Of a stretch of DNA of 32,000 bases, positions 17,198 through 25,388 are shown piece after piece (within the stretch, counting starts at the first letter, position 1; every line of letters begins with the position of its first letter). A program made the position numbers and the translations under genes. The notes beneath the pieces are model-generated. The model saw nothing but the letters and a program-made list of their open reading frames with translations, was not told the origin of the DNA and searched no databases. The DNA is from an uncultured Erysipelotrichaceae bacterium (GTDB lineage Bacteria > Bacillota_I > Bacilli_A > Erysipelotrichales > Erysipelotrichaceae): contig OW818668.1 of the NCBI GenBank assembly GCA_942493105.1, forward strand, positions 480,001-512,000, in the 5' to 3' direction.

Positions 17198-17962
17198 TTA
17201 AACTCTTGCCTCCTTTTTACTGTTACTTGTTTTGAAATCAATATATGCGAGAACAGCCGAGAAAGCTACGGTTGGTATAATCGCCCAACCTAAAGCAGCT
17301 CTTAATATAAATCCAAATACGAAATAAATTAAATCAATTTTTTTCTTAAGAATTAAACTTAACAGGAGCATGAAACCTGTCAATGGTAACAATCTACCAA
17401 AAATATTTAAAATATCATTTAGCCATGCTGGAACCATTGAAACTAAGGTCGGAACGATTGAAGCTCCAACGAAACAGACAATAAATATCGCAAAGAATCT
17501 ATATGTGAAGTTAGTGACTTGTCCGTAGACTGGAAGTCTTTCGGCCAATACTAAATTACCCTTCTCAATAGCATCATCTTGTTTGTGTACGAAATACAAA
17601 TTACCAGCCTTAACCAATTGACTCCCAAACATGCCTACAACAGCTAACGGAACAGCTATCGAAACTGCATATTCAACAGGTGCTCCACTAACTAATGCTA
17701 AAGGTATTGCGCACCAAGTTGCTAAGTTCATATCTGGAGACATGGACCCACCTGGAGTAACGAGTCCAATATACAAAGCTTGAACAGCAGCCCCATACAT
17801 TATTCCTGATTTAACATCTCCTAAAATTAATCCAATTATTGTCCCAGCAATTAACGGTCTTCCCATTGTATACCATCCACCAAGTCCTCCAAGCCAAACA
17901 GGAGCCCAAATGGATGTAGACCAACCAAAAAACGCGATTAATAAAGCCTGAAATATATTCAT
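17198..17962 (-). CDS. PTS mannose/fructose/sorbose family EIIC component
   Basis: 254 aa polytopic membrane protein with the EIIC-Man pattern (GRPLIAGTIIGLILGD...GAAVQALYIG). Confidence 0.9.
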   Translation of the reverse strand: MNIFQALLIAFFGWSTSIWAPVWLGGLGGWYTMGRPLIAGTIIGLILGDVKSGIMYGAAVQALYIGLVTPGGSMSPDMNLATWCAIPLALVSGAPVEYAVSIAVPLAVVGMFGSQLVKAGNLYFVHKQDDAIEKGNLVLAERLPVYGQVTNFTYRFFAIFIVCFVGASIVPTLVSMVPAWLNDILNIFGRLLPLTGFMLLLSLILKKKIDLIYFVFGFILRAALGWAIIPTVAFSAVLAYIDFKTSNSKKEARV

Positions 17963-18003
17963 TTTTCCCTTTCTTTCGATTTCTATCGATTTTGTTTAAC
18001 TAT

Positions 18004-18489
18004 TCAGTCAAATTTTGACGCGAGATCTTTCCATTCAATCAATGGATTGCTTTGAGTTTGTTTAAAAAATACACGTACACCACTATTAACTAATTCTTTT
18101 ATTGCTGCAACCTCTTCAGGAAGTAAATGTGCCCATCCTGTTGCAGGCGTTGCTCCCTTTTTACTACTCATTGGACCGATGTTAAAGTTATTTGGAAGAC
18201 CATCAATCACTTTTCTCAATTCAACATAAACTTGTGGTGTCTTCATCAATATAAGTGTATTTTCATTGTTGATCATTGCTTCTTTTATAGGATCAATAGC
18301 TTGTTCAAGTGTATAGCATGATGCTTTCATATTGGAAGGTACAGCTGTTTCGAATACAACACGTAGAATAGCATTTGATGCTGTAAAATTATCCACAACA
18401 ATGATCCGTTTGATATCATATTCTTTTGTTACTGAAATCATACATTGACCATGAATCAGTCGATCATCACATCTCGCTAAACTAATCAT
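18004..18489 (-). CDS. PTS mannose family EIIB component
   Basis: MISLARCDDRLIHGQ carries the phospho-histidine motif (DDRLIHGQ). The ATG at 18489 is preceded by AAGGAG. The track extension to 18567 overlaps EIIA. Confidence 0.9.
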   Translation of the reverse strand: MISLARCDDRLIHGQCMISVTKEYDIKRIIVVDNFTASNAILRVVFETAVPSNMKASCYTLEQAIDPIKEAMINNENTLILMKTPQVYVELRKVIDGLPNNFNIGPMSSKKGATPATGWAHLLPEEVAAIKELVNSGVRVFFKQTQSNPLIEWKDLASKFD

Positions 18490-18490
18490 T

Positions 18491-18916
18491 TTATTCTCCT
18501 TTTTTGAACATCTCACTGATGTCAGTAATCTTAAGGCTGTCTCTAGCACTCTCAAGAGATGATTCAATTAACGCCTTATAGTCGGTGGCAAATTCTCTCT
18601 GTGTAACCAATTCTAACAACAAAGGCAAATTCACACCAGAAACCAATAAACAGTTTGTGTTTGCTAAAGCAACTGCACTTGTGTTAAATGGAGTTGCTCC
18701 AAATAAATCTACTAAGCAAACAACTTCATCTCCTTGCTCAAGATACTGGTAAACCGAAGTTTTTATTTTTTCACTAAATTCAAGAAAATCGTCACCTTCT
18801 TGAAATCCAAATACCTCAAAACCCTTTTGTATACCACAAATCATTTCAGTTGCCTCCTTCAAACCTTGAGCAAAATTTGAGTGAGTGCAAACAATTATAT
18901 CTAAGACAGCTAACAC
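18491..18916 (-). CDS. PTS mannose family EIIA component
   Basis: IIVCTHSNFAQGLKEATEMICG carries the active-site His, and the rest follows the EIIA-Man fold pattern (LVDLFGATPFN). The only upstream in-frame start is the GTG at 18916, which directly abuts GGGAGG, so the exact start is uncertain. Confidence 0.85.
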   Translation of the reverse strand: MLAVLDIIVCTHSNFAQGLKEATEMICGIQKGFEVFGFQEGDDFLEFSEKIKTSVYQYLEQGDEVVCLVDLFGATPFNTSAVALANTNCLLVSGVNLPLLLELVTQREFATDYKALIESSLESARDSLKITDISEMFKKGE

Positions 18917-18931
18917 CTCCCTTTATTATAC

Positions 18932-18955
18932 CCAAATACGAGCGCTCTTATTTGG
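18932..18955. promoter_or_regulatory. 24-bp near-perfect palindrome (candidate operator) just upstream of the PTS operon
   Basis: CCAAATACGAGCGCTCTTATTTGG is self-complementary at 22 of 24 positions. It overlaps one copy of a 13-nt direct repeat, TTTGGAGTATTTC (18951-18963 and 18979-18991). Confidence 0.45.
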
Positions 18956-19126
18956 AGTATTTCCCATTTTAATTAATTTTTGGAGTATTTCACTCCACTT
19001 TCTAAAGTATAACATATTTTTAAATAAACCACACATATTTTCACATTTTCCACATCTAGAATTAGCTCTCTATGGAAAAAGGAAATGAGACTTGAAGATA
19101 AACGACCAAAAGATACATCGCTTGAA

Positions 19127-19167
19127 TAAAAAAAGACCCTCTGAACTTTTGCCGGTAAAGAGAGTCT
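19127..19167 (-). terminator. Rho-independent terminator after trxB (right edge of the sugar island)
   Basis: AGACCCTCT (19134-19142) pairs with AGAGAGTCT (19159-19167), a 9 bp stem with one mismatch. Followed on the minus strand by UUUUUUAUU. Confidence 0.7.
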
Positions 19168-19177
19168 TTTTCTTTGT

Positions 19178-20098
19178 CTATTTAATGCTTTGGATATACA
19201 AGAAAGCCATTTGAGCTGCGACTGCACCATCTGAGACCGCAGTAACGATTTGTCTTAAAGGTTTGACACAGACATCGCCTGCACCATAGACTCCAGGTAC
19301 TTTCGTAGCCATCTTTTCATTGACGATCATATAACCTAAGTTATCCAAGACATCCAGATGCGCAACCGAAGATGTGCTGGCTGTCGCACCGATATAAGGG
19401 AAGATACCATCTGTTGGATAATCAAATTCTTCTTTGGTGATGAGATCTTTTAATCGAATCGCAGTTACGTGATCTTCACCGATGACAGCTACTGGTACTG
19501 TATGACGAATGACGTGGATTTTTGGATGATTTAAGGCATGGTCTTGGGCAACTTTATCAGCTCTGAAGACATCTCTGCGTATGATGATGGTGACCTTTGT
19601 GGCAAACTGAGTCAAATAAACAGCTTCTTCTAATGCCGCATTACCGCCACCGATGACCACAACTTCTTTTTGTCTATAGAAAGCACCGTCACATACCGCA
19701 CAGAAACTGACACCGTGACCTGTTAAACGATCTTCATTAGGGACTTCCATCTTATTCTCAATGGTTCCTGTGGCTAAGATCACAGCTTTGGCTTTAAAGG
19801 TTCGATCATCTTCGGTTTCTAAGGTTTTGATGATCCCATCATTTATTTTTTTGATCCCAACGAATTCTGTTTCAATCTCTAAGTTGGTGGTATGTTCATA
19901 CATCTTCAAAGCCAAATCAACACCGGATACACGAGATTCTCCTGGCCAGTTGTCGATCTCAAATGTCTTGACTAACTTTCCGCCTGGGGCAGAATTTTCA
20001 AACATGATGATGTCTAAACCGGCTCGTTTGGCGTAAATCCCTGCGGTCATGCCTGCAGGACCAGCACCGATGATGGCTAAATCGTAGATCTTGTCCAT
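19178..20098 (-). CDS. trxB: Thioredoxin-disulfide reductase
   Basis: 306 aa. FAD motif IIGAGPAGMTAG, redox-active CAVCDG, NADPH motif VIGGGNAALEEA with RRDVFRA, and C-terminal GAGDV. Confidence 0.93.
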   Translation of the reverse strand: MDKIYDLAIIGAGPAGMTAGIYAKRAGLDIIMFENSAPGGKLVKTFEIDNWPGESRVSGVDLALKMYEHTTNLEIETEFVGIKKINDGIIKTLETEDDRTFKAKAVILATGTIENKMEVPNEDRLTGHGVSFCAVCDGAFYRQKEVVVIGGGNAALEEAVYLTQFATKVTIIIRRDVFRADKVAQDHALNHPKIHVIRHTVPVAVIGEDHVTAIRLKDLITKEEFDYPTDGIFPYIGATASTSSVAHLDVLDNLGYMIVNEKMATKVPGVYGAGDVCVKPLRQIVTAVSDGAVAAQMAFLYIQSIK

Positions 20099-21537
20099 GA
20101 GATGTCCTTTTCTAGGATGGGCAATAATTCCATTAAATCGTGGATCGCGATATTAGGTTTGGCATTTAAGATCGCATCTTTACGTTCAGGATGCGTAATC
20201 AAAGCCACACTATACATACCAGCTTTAGCGGCAGCCAACATATCGGTGTCGGTATCTCCGACATAGATCACATCGTCGTGATATTCTTTTAGATTCTTAC
20301 ACGCTAAGAGTAAGCCTTCTGGATCAGGTTTGAATTTTTTTACTTCATCATAACCCACGATGGTTGAGAAGTAATGATCCATTTGAGTCAATCTCAGTCC
20401 TAATTCAACCACATCTTTCTTCTTGGAAGATACGATACCCATCGTATAGCCTTTGGCTTTAAGCGCTTCTATGAGTTCTTTGGCGTTAGGCATCGGTCTG
20501 ATGTATTCAGGATGAAGTTTGATGTTGAGCTCACGATAGTCATTAAAGGCGCTCTTGGCTTCATCTTCAGGTAAATACTTCGCTAAGGATTCATGAAGAG
20601 TAGGACCTAAGAAAGCAATTTCTTGATCACGGGTCAATTTTAATTCTGGTCTGTATTTCTTAAATATCTGTTTGAAGGTTTCGATGATGACAGGTTCGGT
20701 ATCGAGTAAGGTCCCATCCAAATCAAACAGGATGATAGGTTTTTTCTTCTTGGTGAGTTTTCTAAAGACTCCTGCCCAACCCAATAATCCAATGAATACA
20801 AAGAGGATCGATAAGACTTGGGCTGTACGAATGAGGGTTCCCCAGACATACAAACTGTCACTTCTTAAGCCTTCCACAAAGAAACGGGTAATTCCATACC
20901 ATACCAAATAACCATAGAACTGATCTCCACGTTTAACCTTGATGAGGTATTTTAAACCATAGGTAATGGCGAAGAAGCCAAGCACATTGAGGACTGATTC
21001 ATATAAGAAAGTCGGTTCTCTATAGGCTCCTTCAATATACATCATGTCTTTGATGAAGGCAGGAAAATAAGTATAGAAAGATTCTGGTACGATACGACCA
21101 AAAGCTTCTTGGTTAAAGAAATTGCCCCATCTACCCATGGCTTGAGCTAAAAGTATGGCCGGTACGATCGCATCAGCAGCCCGTAAGAAGTTGATCTTGC
21201 GATATTTTACATACACATAACCAAAGATGACCCCCAGCATCAATCCACCTTGGATGGCCATTCCTCCATTCCAAGTCATGAAGATCGAAATCGGATCAGC
21301 TAAGTAAGAATCTAGGTTATAAAACAGGACATACCATAAACGTGCTCCGATGATGCCTGAAACCAGAGCACCAAAGAAGATATCTTCAGCATAAGATTTA
21401 GGATAGCCCATCTTTGATAGTTTATGTTCAGAAATAAAATAGGTAATGAATGCGCCAATTAAGATACATACCGCATACATCTTAATGGATAAACCTCCGA
21501 TTTGGACGAATGTCGATATGTCTGGAAAGAATGTCAT
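20077..21537 (-). CDS. lgt: Fusion protein: prolipoprotein diacylglyceryl transferase Lgt (N-terminal) + HAD-superfamily phosphatase, PpaX/Gph-like (C-terminal)
   Basis: 486 aa. Residues 1 to about 262 form a polytopic Lgt with the GRWGNFFNQEAFG signature. Residues about 266-486 carry HAD motifs I ILFDLDGTLLDT, II VSSKKK and III/IV K...YVGDTDTDMLAA. The start forms an ATGA overlap with the hprK stop. Confidence 0.9.
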   Translation of the reverse strand: MTFFPDISTFVQIGGLSIKMYAVCILIGAFITYFISEHKLSKMGYPKSYAEDIFFGALVSGIIGARLWYVLFYNLDSYLADPISIFMTWNGGMAIQGGLMLGVIFGYVYVKYRKINFLRAADAIVPAILLAQAMGRWGNFFNQEAFGRIVPESFYTYFPAFIKDMMYIEGAYREPTFLYESVLNVLGFFAITYGLKYLIKVKRGDQFYGYLVWYGITRFFVEGLRSDSLYVWGTLIRTAQVLSILFVFIGLLGWAGVFRKLTKKKKPIILFDLDGTLLDTEPVIIETFKQIFKKYRPELKLTRDQEIAFLGPTLHESLAKYLPEDEAKSAFNDYRELNIKLHPEYIRPMPNAKELIEALKAKGYTMGIVSSKKKDVVELGLRLTQMDHYFSTIVGYDEVKKFKPDPEGLLLACKNLKEYHDDVIYVGDTDTDMLAAAKAGMYSVALITHPERKDAILNAKPNIAIHDLMELLPILEKDISWTRSTI

Positions 21538-22484
21538 TTTGCCTCCTTGTTTTGCTTATTGATGAAGTCATAGACACGTTGTTCAAATTCTTTAGAACTG
21601 TTGATGCCTTTTTGTTTAAGATTGAAATTGGTGACTGCAGATTCTACCAAGACGGCGATGTTTCGACCTTCTTTGACAGGAATCGTTTGCATAGGGATCT
21701 TGACTCCTAAGACTTCATAAAACTGGTCCTCGTCTTCAATACCTACGCGTGTGTATTGTTTTTCTTCGTTCCATTTTTCTAGGGCGATCACAAAATCGAT
21801 ATCTGATTGAGCTAAAGTTGCGGAAGCACCAAACATCATATTGACGTCAATGATTCCAATGCCTCTTATTTCAAGCATGCCGGCTAAGAGTTCTGTTGAT
21901 TTACCAAACACTGCATTATGATATTTATAGACATCAACGCGATCATCAGCGACTAAGATATGACCTTTTTTAATGAGTTCTAGAGCAGTTTCTGATTTAC
22001 CCATTCCAGATTCACCGGTGATGAGAATGCCTTTCCCATAGACTGAAATCAAGACACCATGGACATTGGTATTAGGCGCCAGTCTTTCACTTAAGAAAGA
22101 TATGACGTCAACCATCAATTGATACGTTGGTAACTGTGATCTAAAGATGGCGAAGTTCTTATAGTTTCCAAGTTCAATCAAAACTTCAGGGATTTCCACA
22201 TCTTTGGAGAAAATCATACAGGGCGTATATTCATCGGTTAGTTTTTCGAAACGATCTTTAAGAAGTTCAGGAGACAAGGTTTTCATAAAGGAAGATTCCT
22301 TGTTGCCCATGATGATGATCCGTCGTGGTTCACTGTGGATAAAGTATCCGCTGAGTTCTAAACCAGGACGATTGATGTCGGGGATGATGACCCAGCGTTC
22401 AAGGGCTTTTTCTCCGCCAGAAACTTGTTCAAACTTAAAGAAATCTTGAAGATCTTTGATTAAGGCTTTGCCGAATTCTTCCAT
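21534..22484 (-). CDS. hprK: HPr kinase/phosphorylase
   Basis: 316 aa. Walker A GESGMGKSETALELIKKGH, then LVADDRV and LEIRGIGIIDV signature blocks. Confidence 0.95.
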   Translation of the reverse strand: MEEFGKALIKDLQDFFKFEQVSGGEKALERWVIIPDINRPGLELSGYFIHSEPRRIIIMGNKESSFMKTLSPELLKDRFEKLTDEYTPCMIFSKDVEIPEVLIELGNYKNFAIFRSQLPTYQLMVDVISFLSERLAPNTNVHGVLISVYGKGILITGESGMGKSETALELIKKGHILVADDRVDVYKYHNAVFGKSTELLAGMLEIRGIGIIDVNMMFGASATLAQSDIDFVIALEKWNEEKQYTRVGIEDEDQFYEVLGVKIPMQTIPVKEGRNIAVLVESAVTNFNLKQKGINSSKEFEQRVYDFINKQNKEAK

Positions 22485-22488
22485 AGGG

Positions 22489-25308
22489 TTACCTTAGTAC
22501 TTTCTGCAGGTATTGACCTGTCACACTTTTTGGATTTTTACTGAGGACTTCAGGTGTTCCTGTGCCGATCAGATAACCGCCTTCATCGCCGCCTTCAGGA
22601 CCTAAGTCGATGATGTTGTCGGCATTTTTGATGATGTCGAGGTTATGTTCAATGACGATGACGGTATCCCCGTTATCGACGATACGTTGTAAGACAGGCA
22701 AGAGCTTCCCAACATCGAAACTATGAAGTCCAGTAGTCGGTTCATCTAAAATGAACACTGTTTTGCCGGTTGCACGACGTTGAAGTTCACTGGCCAGTTT
22801 GACACGTTGTGCTTCACCGCCGGATAAAGTCGTGGCGGATTGGCCCAGTTTGATGTAGCCTAAGCCAACATCTTGGAGGGTCTTTAAACGATGATGAATC
22901 TTATGGATGTTGATGAAGAAAATCAAGGCTTCATCAACGGTCATCTCCAAGATATCATAAATATTCTTACCTTTATAGGTGACTTCTAAAGTTTCGTTGT
23001 TATAGCGTTTTCCTTCACACTCTTCGCAAGGCACATAGACATCTGGTAAAAAATGCATGGAGATACGTTTGACCCCATCTCCTTGGCATAGTTCACAGCG
23101 TCCACCTTTGACATTGAATGAAAAACGAGATTTATCATAGCCTCTTACTTTAGCTTCTGGACTTAAGGCGAAAAGATCTCTGATATCATCAAATACCCCA
23201 GTATAGGTCACAGGATTTGATCGTGGAGTACGTCCAATCGGATCTTGATCGATCTCGATCAGTTTATCTATTTCTTCCATGCCTTCGATTTTTTCGACAG
23301 CCCCTGGTTTTACTTTAGGACGGCCTAAAAAATGTGCCAAGGATTTACCTAAGATGTCGTTGACCAAGGTGCTTTTACCACTACCTGATACGCCAGTGAC
23401 ACAATTAAACACACCTAAAGGAAAATCAACTGAGATTTTTTTAAGGTTATTTTCTGATGCACGGGTGATACGGATTGACTTCCCATTGCCTTCACGTCGT
23501 TTTTCAGGATAAGGATTGGTCAGAATTTTTGCGAGATACTTACCGGTTATGGTGGTCGGATTAGCGATCAGTTCTTGAGGTGTTCCTGCCGCAACGACTT
23601 CTCCGCCTTCTTTACCGGCTCCTGGTCCAATATCAATGATGTAGTCTGATTCCATCATTGTTTCTTCATCATGTTCCACAACGATCAAGGTGTTCCCAAG
23701 ATCACGCATTTGTTTCAAGGTATTGATCAGTTTCATGTTATCGCGCTGATGTAGTCCGATAGAAGGCTCATCCAACACATAAAGGACACCTGTTAAGCGT
23801 GAACCGATTTGAGTCGCTAAACGTATGCGTTGGGCTTCTCCACCGGATAATGATCCTGCGATACGATCTAAGGTCAGATATTCTAGACCCACATCTTTTA
23901 AGAAATTGAGACGTTCTCTAATTTCTTTTAAAACAAGATGGGCTATTTCTGTCTGCATGGGTTTTAAAGCTAGGGAATCCATATAAATCAAAGCTTGTTT
24001 AACCGACATCCTTGTCCATTCATTGATGTTTTTAGGACCCACTTGAACACTTAATGCCATAGGATTTAAACGCTTGCCTGCGCATACAGGACAAGCACTT
24101 TCAGCCATAAAGGTCTGATACCATTCTCGAGCCATCGATGAAGTGGTTTCTAAATGACGTCTTTGAATCAAGGATTGAACCCCTTCGATGAAGTCGTTTT
24201 TACTGTATGAGTTACCAGAACGGGTTTCTATAGAATACTTGATGGGTTCGGGAGAACCGATAAGTAAGATCTGAAGTTGTTTATCTGAAAGTTGATTGAT
24301 CGGTTTATTCAGATCGATCTTATAGTGTTTGGCTAGGGTTTCAAAGACTTGCCATTCTATGTTTTCAGTATTGAGTATATTTTTATAGTATACGATCCCG
24401 CCTTGCATGACCGATTTACTGCGATCAGGAATCAAATAATCGACATCGACCATTTGGATCGATCCTAAGCCTTTGCAGTGTTCACAGGCTCCTAAAGGTG
24501 AATTGAAGCTGAATAAACGAGGTTGAAGTTCAGGGATAGAGAAACCACATTTAGGACAGGCATAATTGCTTGAGAATAGCAGTTCTTCTCCAGAACTCAC
24601 TACCACAGCTAAACCTTTGGCTAACTTTAGTGCGTTCTCAAGGGAGTCATATAAGCGAGATGTACTGTCGGCTTGTTTAACGATACGATCGACTATGACA
24701 TCGATGGTATGCTTCTTGTTTTTCTCTAAGGTGATCTCGTCTTCCAACATTTTACTTTCGCCATTGACGCGAACTCTGACATAGCCTTCTTTACGAAGTT
24801 TATCCAAAACTTCTTTATGCGATCCTTTTTCAGCACGGATGATGGGTGCTAAGATCTGCAGGCGTTCTCCATCGGGTTCTTTCATGACCCGATCGACCAT
24901 TTGACGAACGGTTTGAGCAACGATTGGTTCATGGTGGGTTGGACAATAAGGGGTTCCTACTCGAGCATATAAAAGTCTTAAGTAGTCGTAGATTTCGGTA
25001 ACGGTACCTACCGTAGAGCGAGGATTGTGTGAGGTCGTTTTTTGATCAATAGAAATACTTGGGGATAAACCTTCTATGACATCAACATCCGGTTTTTCAG
25101 TATTGCCTAAGAATTGACGGGCATAGGCGCTTAACGATTCAACGTATCGACGTTGGCCTTCAGCGTAGATCGTATCGAAGGCCAAGGAGGTTTTTCCACT
25201 GCCTGAAAGACCGGTCATGATGACAAGTTTGTTTCTAGGAATGGTCAGTGTAATGTTTTTCAGGTTGTTCTCGCGAGCACCCTGAATGTAGATAACGTCT
25301 TTTTGCAT
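22489..25308 (-). CDS. uvrA: Excinuclease ABC subunit A
   Basis: 939 aa. Two ABC ATPase modules (GLSGSGKTSLAFDT and GVSGSGKSTLVND; LSGGEAQR twice) and zinc-finger Cys clusters (CPKCG...CEHCKG, CELCQGDG...CEECEG). Confidence 0.97.
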   Translation of the reverse strand: MQKDVIYIQGARENNLKNITLTIPRNKLVIMTGLSGSGKTSLAFDTIYAEGQRRYVESLSAYARQFLGNTEKPDVDVIEGLSPSISIDQKTTSHNPRSTVGTVTEIYDYLRLLYARVGTPYCPTHHEPIVAQTVRQMVDRVMKEPDGERLQILAPIIRAEKGSHKEVLDKLRKEGYVRVRVNGESKMLEDEITLEKNKKHTIDVIVDRIVKQADSTSRLYDSLENALKLAKGLAVVVSSGEELLFSSNYACPKCGFSIPELQPRLFSFNSPLGACEHCKGLGSIQMVDVDYLIPDRSKSVMQGGIVYYKNILNTENIEWQVFETLAKHYKIDLNKPINQLSDKQLQILLIGSPEPIKYSIETRSGNSYSKNDFIEGVQSLIQRRHLETTSSMAREWYQTFMAESACPVCAGKRLNPMALSVQVGPKNINEWTRMSVKQALIYMDSLALKPMQTEIAHLVLKEIRERLNFLKDVGLEYLTLDRIAGSLSGGEAQRIRLATQIGSRLTGVLYVLDEPSIGLHQRDNMKLINTLKQMRDLGNTLIVVEHDEETMMESDYIIDIGPGAGKEGGEVVAAGTPQELIANPTTITGKYLAKILTNPYPEKRREGNGKSIRITRASENNLKKISVDFPLGVFNCVTGVSGSGKSTLVNDILGKSLAHFLGRPKVKPGAVEKIEGMEEIDKLIEIDQDPIGRTPRSNPVTYTGVFDDIRDLFALSPEAKVRGYDKSRFSFNVKGGRCELCQGDGVKRISMHFLPDVYVPCEECEGKRYNNETLEVTYKGKNIYDILEMTVDEALIFFINIHKIHHRLKTLQDVGLGYIKLGQSATTLSGGEAQRVKLASELQRRATGKTVFILDEPTTGLHSFDVGKLLPVLQRIVDNGDTVIVIEHNLDIIKNADNIIDLGPEGGDEGGYLIGTGTPEVLSKNPKSVTGQYLQKVLR

Positions 25309-25354
25309 AACTTATATTATACACCATGAACAAATTCAAAGGTAGTCTGTGCCC

Positions 25355-25383
25355 ATAAGAAAAACCTCACATTGATGTGAGGT
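25355..25383 (-). terminator. Rho-independent terminator after the PfkB kinase gene, separating it from uvrA
   Basis: Stem ACCTCACA (25364-25371), loop TTGA, stem TGTGAGGT (25376-25383). Followed on the minus strand by UUUUCUUAU. Confidence 0.8.
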
Positions 25384-25388
25384 CTGAT

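Noticed and set aside
18885-19230. Track ORFs 18885-19088 (+) and 18973-19230 (-) in the PTS/trxB intergenic region
   Set aside because: They span promoter/operator repeats and the trxB terminator hairpin, lack RBSs, and give low-complexity products. This is typical of AT-rich intergenic noise.
25309-25356. LexA/Cheo (SOS) box upstream of uvrA, and in the ctpA 3' end upstream of uvrB
   Set aside because: GAATTTGTTC near 25329-25338 has the half-sites GAAT/GTTC but only a 2-nt spacer instead of the GAAC-N4-GTTC geometry. No GAAC-N4-GTTC was seen upstream of uvrB.
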